Shown piece by piece: positions 1 to 12,294 of a stretch of DNA of 64,000 bases. The notes under the pieces are model-generated. The model did no database searches. It was given only the letters and a program-made list of their open reading frames with translations, and was not told where the DNA came from. Each line of letters opens with the position of its first letter. Positions within the stretch are counted from its first letter, which is position 1. The position numbers and the translations under genes were made by a program. The stretch comes from Podarcis erhardii (taxonomy: Eukaryota): NCBI GenBank assembly GCA_964252035.1, contig OZ176211.1; one strand, given 5' to 3'.

Positions 1-3000
1 GCTGCGTATCAGTTCACCAAAAGTTTGGATAAATAGGAAAGTTTTAAATTGGCATCTAAAAGATAACAGTGTAGAAGACTGACAAATCCATATTTGTGCT
101 TCTATACAAGTGTTATATGTATAAGGGTTGTACAAACAATGCAAAATGTGGCAGTATTAAAATGCACCTGTTCAGAAGAATATTCTATTCTCACAATAGT
201 CAGCATTCTGTGCCCACTGAGTCCTCATTTGGATGTTTTGGGGATTTCCTCCAATTAGTTTTTTTTTTTTTTTTTTTAATGAAAGGCTTTTATTTTTTGT
301 ACATTTACAAACTTTGGGTTCCCCCAGAACATGCTGACATCTTCCTCTTGTGCATGGATTGTGCTGTTTTGACTAAATAAGGATCAGCCTTTGACTAGAT
401 CACTGTTATGGATATGATATTTGCAATGTATTGGGAAAACAGAGGCAGCCTGTTCCATTGAGTCTCTCTTGTGCTGCATCTGAATAAGATGGATTCACAC
501 AGCATGCTCACTCACTGTAAGGCCATTTTTCTGTGGCAAAGAGCCATTTGAAACCTGGCTTTTGGATGGGTTTGTCAGGTCTTATTTTACTGATAGTTAC
601 TGCAATCCTGGCTTGACGTAGTATGAATTGTCTGGGGAAGGAAATGCAATAAAGGAATATTGCACCAGTACAATTGCTGGTTTAATGTTCTCTTCCTTTA
701 TAGATTTGCCTTTGCATGCATATTTGTGTGCCTGTATTTCACATTGTTTTAATGATTTACTTAAACAGCAGTTTTATATTATTGTTGTTTGAATAGAGCA
801 ATCTCAGCACCTAAATATTCTTTATAAACATGTGTGACTCACAGCTGTCAGATTAAAGGATTTTGAGGTCTGGGTTTCAAATGTTTACTGCTTTCTGAAA
901 TTAGACTGCATGGTTCAGCAAAGTATATTCCCTCTTATATAGCCAGCTATTGTTCCACTGAAAAGTCAAGCCTTTTACAAGGGACTGGGATTTAGTAAAG
1001 TGCTGTGGCGGTCAAGTGATAAAAGGTATGTCACATAGAATGTATGGGTAGCACATGGTAGTATCATTCATTCCTCAGCTTATGCTGTGAAAAAACACAT
1101 TGGTGGAGAAGACTGAATGCTTTTTTTTCTGTTTAGAGAATTCCCCAGTGGCACATTTTACCTGGGTTTTGAGATGGCTCATTAATAACTTTTAGTAAAT
1201 GAGAAGAGGCAGTTAAGAAAAGATGCCAAGATACCGAATAGGTTTATTTGTTTGAAACTTTGTACACAACGAATGTTAAATGGCTAATATAGAATAATGT
1301 TGCTTTCCCATTACTTCGATCAGCTCCTATTGGCATCTGGTAATAAAAGAACAGGGACTGGGAACCTGTGATCCTCCAAATGTTGTTGCACTTTGATTAT
1401 CATCATTCCTGACCTTTGTCATGCTGGCTGGCATAGGTTCCCCTCCTCCGATTAATTTTTTTTCTCAGTAGTGGCAGCCCAGTTCTGAAGAATGTGTTGT
1501 ACACTTTCAAGAGACAGGTGAGAACAGTGTTGTTGTGCAGTTGTCCTTCCAAAGTAGCTGTGGTTTTTAATAGGTATTTATTTTTTGAATTACGGCACTT
1601 TTATTGTGACCCACCTTTCTTCCTAAGCATGAGTAAAGTGACCATAGGTCTACTTTACAGAAGTGACCCCTCTCATTGAAGGGATCCTCTTGTTTGAATG
1701 ACTGTTTGGTCCAAGACCAATTAAAACAAAACAAAACTGGAAGAAGCAGGGTCAGCCCAGGATGTTCTGCTGCCTGATGCAGAAGACAAGATGGTGATCC
1801 CATTCCCCAGAAAAAGTCAATGTGGGCAACGAAATAGCGTCCTCCACAGAAACTGAGGGAAGCAGGGTAGTTTGGAGAACTAGGTACAAGACAAGCTGCA
1901 TGGTCCACAAATCTCAGTCCTCAAATAGAGGGGGATGCTAATCCCTTCCCAACACCTGCTGCCTGAGGTGGTTGCCTCACTTTGCCTAATGATAAGAAGG
2001 GAGAGAAGGGGTTTGGAAGTTGCCCATCAACAGGCTGAGCTGGTATACAGATCACTTGTTTACAGCCTTCACAGCTATGCACTGTATTTCTGTTTAAATT
2101 ATAACAGTTATTTCTAAATTAGAATATGCTTCCACCCCCTTAAATCTGTGTCTTCTTTTTTGGTACTGTGTAAGTCTCCACCTCCAATATACTCAGGGAA
2201 AGGATACAATTTAAGATACAACAAAGACCTCCAGTTTTTGTTCTTCTCCCACTCTTCACTCAAAAATTACAAGCCCTACTACTTATGTCTGGAATGCATT
2301 ATATGTGTTGGGTTGTACAGAAAAGTAGCTCTGTTGCTAAGGAATCACAGCAGCCACAATACAGCAATGTGTTACAGCATGAAAAGGGCTGGTTTCTATG
2401 GATTCTGGCAAACAGCATGTAGTGGGAATTCCCTTTGGATACACATTACATTAATCTTTCCATCTCACATCAGAATTGTAGTAAATTAATTTATGTTCCA
2501 ATATCGCGGCTTGGCTGTGGAGCACTCTGAATGAACAGTTGTAAACACAAATGAAACAAATGGGTCTCCTGTGAGCTTTAGTTGCCATTTTTTCCTGTTG
2601 TCTCAGCAAAGCAATTGTGGAACACTCAAATTATTTTCAAATTTCCTTACAAATGTGCTGTTCGGGATTCTAGACACTTGGCCTCCTTCTTTCCTCACAC
2701 AGCTGCACCAAAGAAAGAGGCACATGTTTTTCACTGTATGCCTCTAAGTGCCAAGCGTATGGCTGGCATTTGTTAACACAGGAATAAAAGCAGACCTAAT
2801 GTAGTCTGTGGCAATACTAACCAAGACAGGGAGTGTACAGCATGGGTTATAAGAGCACCTTTTGTACTTATTCTCTTTGTTTGTGGCTGTTAGCATTTGT
2901 GTTACAGACTGGTGCTCCACAGTAGTCTCTGTGATGTGGAGGTTGTACTCACAGTAGACTTGCAGAATTGGAAGCGATACAGCAGCTGCAGCTGACAGAG

Positions 3001-3144
3001 GTGGCGGGCATTTTAATTTCCCACAATGTGCTAATATGGCTTCACTCCACGACATTATGGGAAATATAAATGGTAGCTCCCCAGAACAAGCCTGGATGCT
3101 AAGGACAGGGTTTGGGTAACACCAGTCCTAAGTATGTTATTTGC

Positions 3145-3313
3145 TGTTACCAGCATTCCAACACCTCCTTCTCTCAGTCTGCTCCCTCTGGCTACTCATC
3201 ATTGTCCCACCACCAATCCCCTGGCTCTGCGCCTTCTTCCCCTGGGGGTTGCCTTGGGTGTTCCCCTGAGGGTTGCCTCCTACCACTCCTCTGCATCCAG
3301 CTAGTCCATGACA
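3145..3313. mobile_element. Short LTR-like remnant
   Basis: TGTTAC...ATGACA (TG...CA), GC-rich interior similar in style to 50276-50672. Flanks only 3/4 matched. Confidence 0.3.
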
Positions 3314-4419
3314 TAGCCTCAGGGTGAGTTATCATTATTATTGTTGTCACAATTGGGGTAGATAAATCCTCTGTTTACTTGATCAAGGACATTTCTGCCC
3401 ACATAATGAAAAGGGAACTAACATGGAAGTAAGCCCCACTGTTTTCAATGGACCCTACCCGTCCAAACCTATATGTGTTTATTCAGAAGTAAGTACCACT
3501 GAGCTTACTTTTAGATAACTAGGTATAGGGTTGTAGCCATATTCCCAGGAACGTATGCTTCAAATTGTAGCTTCAAATTATTTAATATGTCTTTTGGCCT
3601 TGTTCAGTTCACATAAGGGATAGTAAACATCACATGCTGTCTCGGAGAGGGGAGGGTGGGAAGAAAGACATTTTAAGAAGATAGGAGACCATTACTCGCC
3701 CACCCCTGGGGCCTGGAATAAGATGTTAAATCTGAAACCCTCCTGAAGGTTGAAAATCTACTTGTGCTCTAGACACATGAATTGATACAGAAACAGCTGG
3801 GCACAGCTTAGTGAGCAGTTGTCAGTAGCATGAAATTTATTATTATAATTGGCTGTAGATGACATTGCTGGAAGGGTCACCTGTAAAAGCAAGGAGTGAA
3901 TTGACCTGGAGCTTTTTAAAAATCCAGGTCTATGAGGTCAGAGTTTAAGTAATGCTGAGAGAGTCTTATATTAGCAAGCTCTGGGTTCTAAACAACCAAG
4001 CAAGACTAGATTGGGACAATGCAGTTCTGAAGCTATACTGACCAAGGGGACGGCCACTTACGCAAACAGAGAACGATGGAGACAATTTGAAGAGGCGTCT
4101 AAAGATGGATGTGAGATGCTGCTGCTGCTGAAGACTGCTTTAATCCAAATAGATTTTCTTTCAGTCATTTTAAAAGTAATACTGCATTCATGAATTTTAT
4201 GTGAGCATGGATTTGTAGAGGTCACATTTTGAAGTTATTGTTTAGCATGACGTCATCCACTGAAGATAAGTGGATTGTATGCAAAACTGTATAAGTAAAA
4301 CATGACCATTAGAAGTGATGCTAAAGGATGATCTGGAATTAGAGTAGTATAGGACAACTAGGGCAATGTAATTGGTTTGACTCTATCACATTTATGGAAG
4401 ACTATAAACTCCAGATTTT

Positions 4420-4685
4420 ATTAGGAATTCAGTTCAGTTCACATTTAAAGGTGAGCCTATATATTTTGCACTTTATAAACAATACGCAAACTGAAACACA
4501 ACCATCCTTTGAAATTCACACTTCTCTGAATTTTGCAGTGCAGTTCCCCTGCCGGGTAATGTGCATGAAAATGTGTATACTAGGGTAAGGTGTGCACAGA
4601 AATGCATATGTAAGTGAAAGTAGCATATGAAAATTAATTACATTACAGGAAAGTGTCAGAAATTTGTAGATTTCACCCCTCCCTA
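4420..4685 (+). mobile_element. Degenerate copy of the same MITE family (related pieces at about 10420-10650 and 19390-19605)
   Basis: Shared motifs ttcagttcacatttaaagg and cagaaatgcatat; right end cacccctcccta. Confidence 0.45.
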
Positions 4686-4877
4686 GCTTTGGTTTAACTT
4701 TTTGCTTTTTCACAGTAGTTCTCCTGGGATATCTGAGGAGGAAAGGGTTTTTGTGCGCATACAACTTGCTGAAAGGAGGTCGCAGGACCCTAGGATAATT
4801 TCTTGATCATCTTTGATAATGTTTTTGTACGATCCTTTCTGATAAATGGTTGGCATCTACTTGGGGTTATTCCTGTT

Positions 4878-4891
4878 GTTGCCATGGAGAC
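4878..4891. promoter_or_regulatory. RFX X-box motif
   Basis: GTTGCCATGGAGAC fits the X-box consensus; motif match only. Confidence 0.35.
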
Positions 4892-5233
4892 TTCTGTACA
4901 CAGCTGCAATTTGGAAGGGGGATCCTGTGGTTTAGTTATTTTTGTTGCACTGGAGATGCTGCAGCAGGAACATATTCCTCCCCCCAGCTGTTCATTAATT
5001 TCATCCATGTGCATACCTTCAATTTTCTCAGTCCATTACATGTGTGCCATCTAGAAAGAACTCATGCCGGATAAATCAGTTAATCTCTGAACTGCCACCA
5101 CCCCACTGTGCTCTTGCATTATATGCTAATTTTAAAAACATGGTTTTTAAAACTAGCTGTATGTGTTCCTAGAGTTGAACTTCAGAATGAATATACATCT
5201 TCAATTCTGTAATGACAGACTAATCTCAAAAAT

Positions 5234-5289
5234 AGTGTGTCTTCGATGTAGGAACAAATCAAGTGTGTCTTCGATGTAGGAACAAATCA
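5234..5289. repeat. Perfect 28-bp tandem duplication
   Basis: AGTGTGTCTTCGATGTAGGAACAAATCA x2. Confidence 0.95.
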
Positions 5290-5469
5290 AAGAATAATTT
5301 TGACTACCACAGGAAGGAAGTTGATATATACATACCACAGGATAAGGCAACCTTATCTGGCTAACCATGTCAAGACCACTATCAGACTGGAGACGGGGTG
5401 GGCTTTGGTAATATGGTGTCCTGAGTGAGGACAAAATTTGGCACTCCACCAACTTTTAATAGGTTTATG

Positions 5470-5523
5470 GAAGAAGAAGAAGAAGAAGAAGAAGAAGAAG
5501 AAGAAGAAGAAGAAGAAGAAGAA
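5470..5523. repeat. (GAA)18 microsatellite
   Basis: Perfect trinucleotide run; source of the spurious poly-Lys ORF. Confidence 0.97.
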
Positions 5524-7392
5524 TTTGACCCCCTCGGCTGAGCTCCCTTTGCCGGGGGACCGCCCTCACTGCTCTAAATCCCACGCTGGTCTGGAGTCAT
5601 CCACAAATTTACAGGATGAATAGATAGGAAGGTCACATAATTCCAAGCACAATAGCAACGTACTTTTGCAGCTCCCCAAGCCTGCTTCCTTCTAATTAGT
5701 TCCAAATGCTCAAGTTCTTTATCTTTCACTGGTGACATTCAAAACACACTCTCTCCCTCTCTCCCTACACACATGCAAAAAGAGAGCAAATGTTGGTCTT
5801 AGCATCAGGCTGGCACCAGGTAGGTGTGAGCTGACCTTGATGGCTCATTTGAATTGCTTATTAATGAGCAATGCACCAGTCAGAAAAATCTCAGAACACT
5901 ATGGTCAGACTATTGTTTATTTCTTGTATGCCTGTTGATACCTAACAATACTGTGTAGAAAATACCGTTTGACAGTAAGGTGTGGTTAACTGTTTGAAGA
6001 GAAAAGCAACATTTAAAGGTTACCCTAGCTAGTGTTTGAAACTCCCATTGTTCTAGGCACATTTTGCAACAGGGGATTTCATTAGCGTGAGCAGTTTCTG
6101 AGCTCTGAGCACAGTACTGCGCCTAAGATTTCAGATTAAAACTGCAGAGTGGAAGGAAAGGAGGACCTTTTTCTTCTTCCCTACTTCCAGTTACTCTCTG
6201 AAGACTGGAGAAGAGACCCTCTTAAGAATATTAGGGGGAGTGGGCAGGGGAAGGACTAGACCATGTGAAAAATGAACACAATATTTTAGCTGCAGTTCAT
6301 TCATTTTCAGCTTTGTATTCTTGTTATTAAAAAAAAAATCATGCCTAGACATTCTGTTGTGCCCATAACCTAGGTTAAAGGTGCCATTTAGCTCCTAGCT
6401 TTCATATATCGGTTTGTAACACCGACATTAGCTACTAAGCAAGGTTATGTAGTAAAATCCAGCCAACTGGCATGAAGCAGTGGGGAGAACCAAGATGCAT
6501 CCTGACATCCTGTTTGGCACCATTGCTGTTGCCTTTGTTTTTGCAGGACAGCTACTGCAAGGAATAATTTCTCTAATGGACATATTCTCTGCCAGGGGCT
6601 TGAGTCCATGATATGTATGTCAGCCATTTTAATTAAGAGACTGGAATTAAATCTTCTCAGTAATTAACCTTCCTTTACAGTTGCACCACTTTCTACTTTC
6701 CCTTTGATGTGAGAAAGGAATAATAGCTCGATATGCAGAAAAATCAATACCCTTTCCTTTACATATATTTCTTCTCCCTGCCCCACCCCAGCTCCAGCAG
6801 TTCACATCTGATAAAGGTGATGTGCTTCTGCCAAGAAAGCAAACTCTCTAGGTTCCTTTCCACATAAGAAGCTACACGGGTGAATTGGTTCCTAAGCTAT
6901 GGGGGAGCTAGTGATGAGCAAACACTGCTTCATTGCTCTGTTCAGAATTGGCCCATCTCAAATAAATTATTTTTGCTGCCATACAAGTTGATTGATGTAA
7001 TCAGGAGTATGATGGGGTCCAGAGGTCTCTCTGATCCCAACCATACTGTGAGCCCTTCTTTGTCACCCCATTCCCTTCCCCTTCTTTCCCCACTTATCTG
7101 GCAGCACCAACTCCTGCCAGGGGCTGTGCTCCATCCAAAGCCCAGCAGCAGCTCTCTGGGTGGGGCACTATACCAGCTTCCTGGCAGATGGGTTGCTGCT
7201 GCTTACTGGGAGGGAGAGAGGGTGGTGGAGGCAGTAGGGAGGTCAGCACAGTGCAGATGCCTCCCCATCTCCTCCTCCTCCTCCTTGGCTTCTAGGGCTT
7301 TCTTTCTTGGCAATGACCACACAAGGGCTATAGCACACCAAGTACATCTGATTGAACCTTTCACTCACAAACACAGAGCGCCATGTTAGATA

Positions 7393-7745
7393 CGGTGGTG
7401 CCCCGCAAGACGAACGCCTCGCAAGACGGAAAACCCGCTAGACGAAAGGGTTTTCCGTTTTGGAGACACTTCGCAAAACGAATTTCCCTATGGGCTTGCT
7501 TCGCAAGACAAAAATGTCTTGCGAGTTCCTGCGGGTTCCCCCCCCCTTTTTCCCCCTTTTCCTAAGCCGCTAAGCCGCTTAGCTGATCCGCTGATAAGCC
7601 GCTTAACAGCTGATCGCTAAAAGCCGCTAAACCGCTAATAGCGCTAATCCGCTAAGCTGTCAATGGGCTTGCTTCGCAAGACAAAAAAACCGCTATATGA
7701 AGAGCCTCACGGAACGGATTAATTTCGTCTTGCGAGGCACCACTG
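7393..7745 (+). mobile_element. Tc1/mariner-type MITE, family A (TIR CAGTGGTGCCYCGCAAGACGAA)
   Basis: About 22-bp TIRs, TA on both sides, internal (AAGCCGCT)-like repeats. Confidence 0.9.
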
Positions 7746-7822
7746 TACAAGGAAGCTGACTTATACCACTGGTCCATCTAGCTCTGTATGGGCTACACTA
7801 ACTTCATTTATTTAGTAGCAAC

Positions 7823-9600
7823 CACGGCCTTGCAGAAGCAGGCAGAGGCCTGGGCCAGGTAGATAATGTGCCCCCCTTTTTTTTACCCTGGGGATAACTG
7901 AAGTCTTATAAATAAGAAAGTATATAAATAATTTTCAATAAAGTTATGCTGACAATTTTATTTCAAGGCTACGGAATTGATCTGTAAAAATATATAACGT
8001 GATTTTTTTATAATGTATTATAATTTTAAATATATTTTACAATAAATACTTTATTCATTTTAAAATGTATTATACAATTTTTAATAGTTCAATAATGTAT
8101 TTAATAATCTATTTTTAAGTAGACAAATTTGACTATTATAATTAAATTATAACTTCTCTGTCTTCTTATTCTGCTCTTAAAAAATATGTATGCTTGTGAG
8201 AAAGCCACTATTGCTCATAAGCCACTATTTCTTTAAAAAACATAGTTTACACCAAATATTATCCTCATTGAGCTATATGTACTCCTCAGATGTAAGTAAT
8301 ATTCCTGGCCTAGTCAACAAAATTTTAAACAAATGGCCACATCTTCATCAATTTTTCATCATTTTCAAAAAAAAATTAGCGATAAGAAAGCCAACACATT
8401 TATCTTTAAGGTACGTGTGGTTTTAATTTTTGGCAAACAAGATTTCAAACAAAAACTGGACTTCCGGAGGCGGCACGAACGGCAATGGCGGTCTCCTTCC
8501 TTTTGTGAGGGGGGAAGCTCCGCAGAAACAGGGTCGTCTGCTACGGCGAAGCAGAGACCCTCGTTGAAAACCGCAGGCAGTGGGAGCCTGTGGCCGTGGG
8601 ACTCAGTGGGCACCATCAGTGCCCCCCAAAAGTGCGAAGGGACCTCGCAAGGGGTTCCGGAGCGTGACAGGGGTGGCGCGGTGCTGTGAGTCGATCGCTC
8701 TTTCTGTGGGGTGAAGCCGCGAAGCTGCTGTCGGTGAGCGCTGACCTTTTTCCTGGGACTATTCGGCTAAGAAAACAACTATCTGTGAGTAGGTGAAGTT
8801 TAATGAACCTGTGATTAATTGGAAACTAAAGCTTGAATTTGGCAATGAAGCGGGAGGCGCAACCAGGAAGTCCGTCTCCCGGCTCTGTTTAAAGTTTTAA
8901 AGCAACGGCGTTTAAATTTAATGCTTTGGAGTTTGTGAACCTAAAGACTCAAATTTCAACATCAAACAGAAGATTCCCTCTCAAGTAAATTGAGGGGGAA
9001 AGGGATAAATTTGATCTTTGCCTCTTCATTTGTGGATTTACAAAAATTTCTGAACTCCCGGCAATCGGGCTGCCAAGTTGTTAGAACTGTCAGGCTGCTT
9101 TGGACCGTTACATTGTAACTCGCACCTCATGGAGACATTGTAATTTTATTAGGACTAACTCTGCAAAAGTTAAAAGTTTCGGAAAGGTTTTCTGGAGATT
9201 TGCAACTGTGTAAATTTCTAAGGGACACTTTGAAAATTGAGAAAAGACTTTATAAATTGTGACCAAACAAAAACTAACCAACTTTTTGCAGCATGAGAAA
9301 CATGGTCCACCATCACGTTCGTGGCGCGCTGGCTGCTGGAGCCTTGGTCGCCTCCACCCACCCAGCGCCCGTTCCGCATTCCTCTGCGGAGCCAATCGCA
9401 GGCCCTGCCCCGGACACCAGGGAAGCTTTTCTCTTGCGCTGCCATCCATGGCCCCAGGGAATCTGCCACCGCTGCCTTTGCGCCTCCATGTTCACCCCAG
9501 TGAATCCTCTGCGATTATGAATATGCTGACCAAGGCCCCCTTTGGAATCTGAGGCCCGGGCCAAGTGGCCCATATGGCCCCCACCCCCCGTCTGGGCCTG
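7823..9600. mobile_element. Candidate internally deleted hAT-derived composite element
   Basis: Flanks GTAGCAAC (7815-7822) and GTAGCAGC (9601-9608), 7/8 match. Ends CACGGCC / CAGGCCC (rc). Subterminal motif GAGGCCYGGGCCA near both ends. Faint hAT dimerisation-like translation (VAICLK/ILLTRP...LRST) on the minus strand at about 8275-8343. Confidence 0.4.
8458..9263 (+). mobile_element. TSD-flanked insertion resembling an L1 5'UTR only (no ORFs, no poly-A tail)
   Basis: Perfect 12-bp direct repeat CAAACAAAAACT (8446-8457, 9264-9275). Starts GGACTTCCGG, CpG-rich first about 300 bp, then AT-richer. The L1 5'UTR assignment is from recall of squamate L1 5' ends. Confidence 0.6.
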
Positions 9601-12209
9601 GTAGCAGCCACCAAAACAGCTTAGATTCCTTCAACAGTTAATTGTGATGTTGGATGGCTGAGCACGCATTTCCCTGGTGAAATAGGATTCTCATCCCTAT
9701 TATATATTTTTCATGGTAAAAGGTCAACTACATAACAACAACCAATTAGCAGCATTTCCTCACTTGGCATCTCATAGGTATATTATAGCCATGGATAACT
9801 AAATAAGGAGGCAGAATTAACTATTCTTTATAATTGGGTTGGTTTTTGTTTACTCGCATAATGCAAAGTAAACTCTTCGTGCAATGAAGCTAGAAGTGTG
9901 GGGAGGAAAACGACATTTTAACTTATGTGGGATAACTGTTGTTTTTGTAGCCTTCCCCACATCTATAGTGCTTTAAAGTTATCTCGTTCATTACTGGCTT
10001 TTATGGTACGATATTGTTCAAGCGTTAATGACTTGAATGAAGACGTCTTTCATCTGCAATCAAAGGTTGGCAATTCTGCATGTTTCCATTTTTGTCTTGC
10101 TTGTTACCATTTGGGGGTGGTTAGCAGGATCAATCTTTTAAGCACAGCGATTCTAGTACAATGGAATGGTTACCTGAAATAGCATTTCCATAGCTAATTC
10201 TGCCATAAGTCAACCTGACACTAAAGGGTATCGCAAAGACCACGAAAAGGAAAGGTAATAAATAAGACATTGAACAAATGCTAATTGGGCTCTTTTTGTT
10301 TTATTTTTACTGCTAGATGTGTCTGACTCTGGATCATGGAGCTAAATTACCGTGAATGTTCAAACTATGAAAGTTAGTGATTTAATTTCTACAGCCCACC
10401 AATTAGGGACTATGCTGGTAGTGAAAATAGCATACAAAACTTATCATTGGAGAAGTTGCTTGCAGACATGGGTATGTTAGTCTAAGTGCATTCAAGAATG
10501 TGTTTATTAATAGACATTCACATTAAAGTACTGAAGAATTTTCATGAGGATTTTTTTAAAATGTACAGAAATATGCAGAACTGAATTTAAGACTGGAAAA
10601 AGGAGAAACCAAAAGTACTGAAATTGACAGATCCTTCAATCCCCAGTGATGAATCATGTGTTGTCTCCACATAGAGGCAGCTAGTGAGCGCACTGTAGGA
10701 TTGCAACCTAGCACAAATTATTAGTTCTGAGATGCTTGAGTAAATGTAGTACACACTACTGTAGAGCTAGTTTCAAGTATTCATTATACCAACAAGATAT
10801 TTTCAGACACAGCAGTGATTTGCAGAGGACCTTTACACTGGGAAGTAGTCCTTCATCCTCAATGCATCTTGTTGAAGCTAAAGTTCATTCTTAATTTACA
10901 ACATTTTGTACTCACATTTTGTCGTCATTTTATCCTACCTAGTTTAAGCATTACTAAGCCACCCCACCTTACCCTTTCTTAGCATTGTTTCCACAGCAAT
11001 CAATGCCCAATAAAAAGTTTTCTTTCTTCGGAATTTCACTGTGTGCTCCCCTTGACTTAATTTTGTCTCTAAATCCCACTACCTCTCAATCCAATATTTG
11101 CCCTCCTTTCTTCATAACGTAGCCCTCAATTTGCCAAACTTGGCAGCTTGCCTCTCCTTATCTTCCTTCCTAAACCCAGTCTTCCATCCTCTTGATCCTA
11201 TTTGCCTTTGAGCTTCCCGTCGTTTGTCAACAGCTTTTCATAATGGAATAAAACAAATGCAATATTTCATAGACGCTTTACTCCAAACCCTCCATATCAC
11301 AGGACGGAATCCAGAGGGCTGCTATGGGTGTCTGCAGGGGGGTGCTGGAATTGACAGTTTCACAACAGCTGTTGCATGGAGGCATCAATCCTATATGGTG
11401 CTGCTTTGCAAGTGGTTTTTCTGTAGGAGCACCTTGCACTATGCAGGATTGATGCAAGGAGGCATCAATCCTGTGATGTGCTCCTTCAGGAATGGTGTGT
11501 CAGGCAAGAAGGAGAGTCCAAACAGTCTCCTAGGAAGACAAAAGTGGCAGTCAGGTTGCGTTTTGGCGTGGGTTTTCCTGCTTAATGCCTGCCTTTTCTT
11601 CCTGCCTATGACACCCCCAAATCATCCTGGACCATACAGTCTGTCCTACAGCAATCCGTGGCTGTCCTTCAACCCACCTCAACCCTTTAATCCCTTCAAA
11701 TACACCCACTTTGGCTTGGGACTCAGCCAAATCTGGTGCACAGCCCCAATTAATATGTTGTTGTTGTGGTGGTGGTGGTTAATATCCCACCTTTTCCCCC
11801 ACCTGGGACTCAAGGTGGCCTACACAAAGTAAAACAACAGATGAAAGGCATAAAGCTAAAAACAAATAAAAGGTGATAGTTGTAATTACAGTAAGAGAAT
11901 TAAACCAATGTAAAAACAAATCTGTTAATATGCAGGTTGTAAAAACAGCACAGCACTATTAAAAGTCCTTTTCTTAAAACAAAAGTCATTTCTCAAAAGC
12001 CCATTGGAATGAAACAGTCTTCAGCTGCTGACAGAAGCATGAGAAGAAGGAAGCCAGTCTGGGTTCTCTAGAAAGGTCCAGCATAACCAGCAGGGACACA
12101 TTCTCCCTGTCCAATTCGCAATGTAAGTCATCCACCAAGGTGGTCAAAGCCATCCCTGCCCCACAACCAGGCTGAAACAGGATTGAACTGGATCTAGATA
12201 ACCCATCCG

Positions 12210-12217
12210 TCTATCTA

Positions 12218-12265
<48 letters not shown>

Positions 12266-12294
12266 ATCTATCTATCTATCTATCTATCTATCTA
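12210..12294. repeat. (TCTA)n microsatellite, about 20 units, two interruptions
   Basis: Direct inspection; followed by an L2-like tail remnant. Confidence 0.95.

Noticed and set aside
2651-2702. 52-nt minus-strand exon candidate
   Set aside because: Plausible splice sites, but the peptide (CVRKEGGQVSRIPNSTF) does not match ATP1B3 or anything I recognise.
5438-5623. Poly-Lys ORF (and poly-Ile ORF at 52303-52575)
   Set aside because: Translation of (GAA)n and (AAT)n microsatellites.
6880-7389. 169-aa ORF
   Set aside because: Low-complexity, MITE-like sequence; no homology recognised.
7563-7660. CRISPR-like short repeats
   Set aside because: Eukaryotic DNA; these are AAGCCGCT units inside a MITE, without unique spacers.
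11224-11832. 202-aa ORF
   Set aside because: Non-ATG start, no recognisable domain, contains repeat-like motifs (ggcatcaatcct twice) and an L2-like tail; probably chance.
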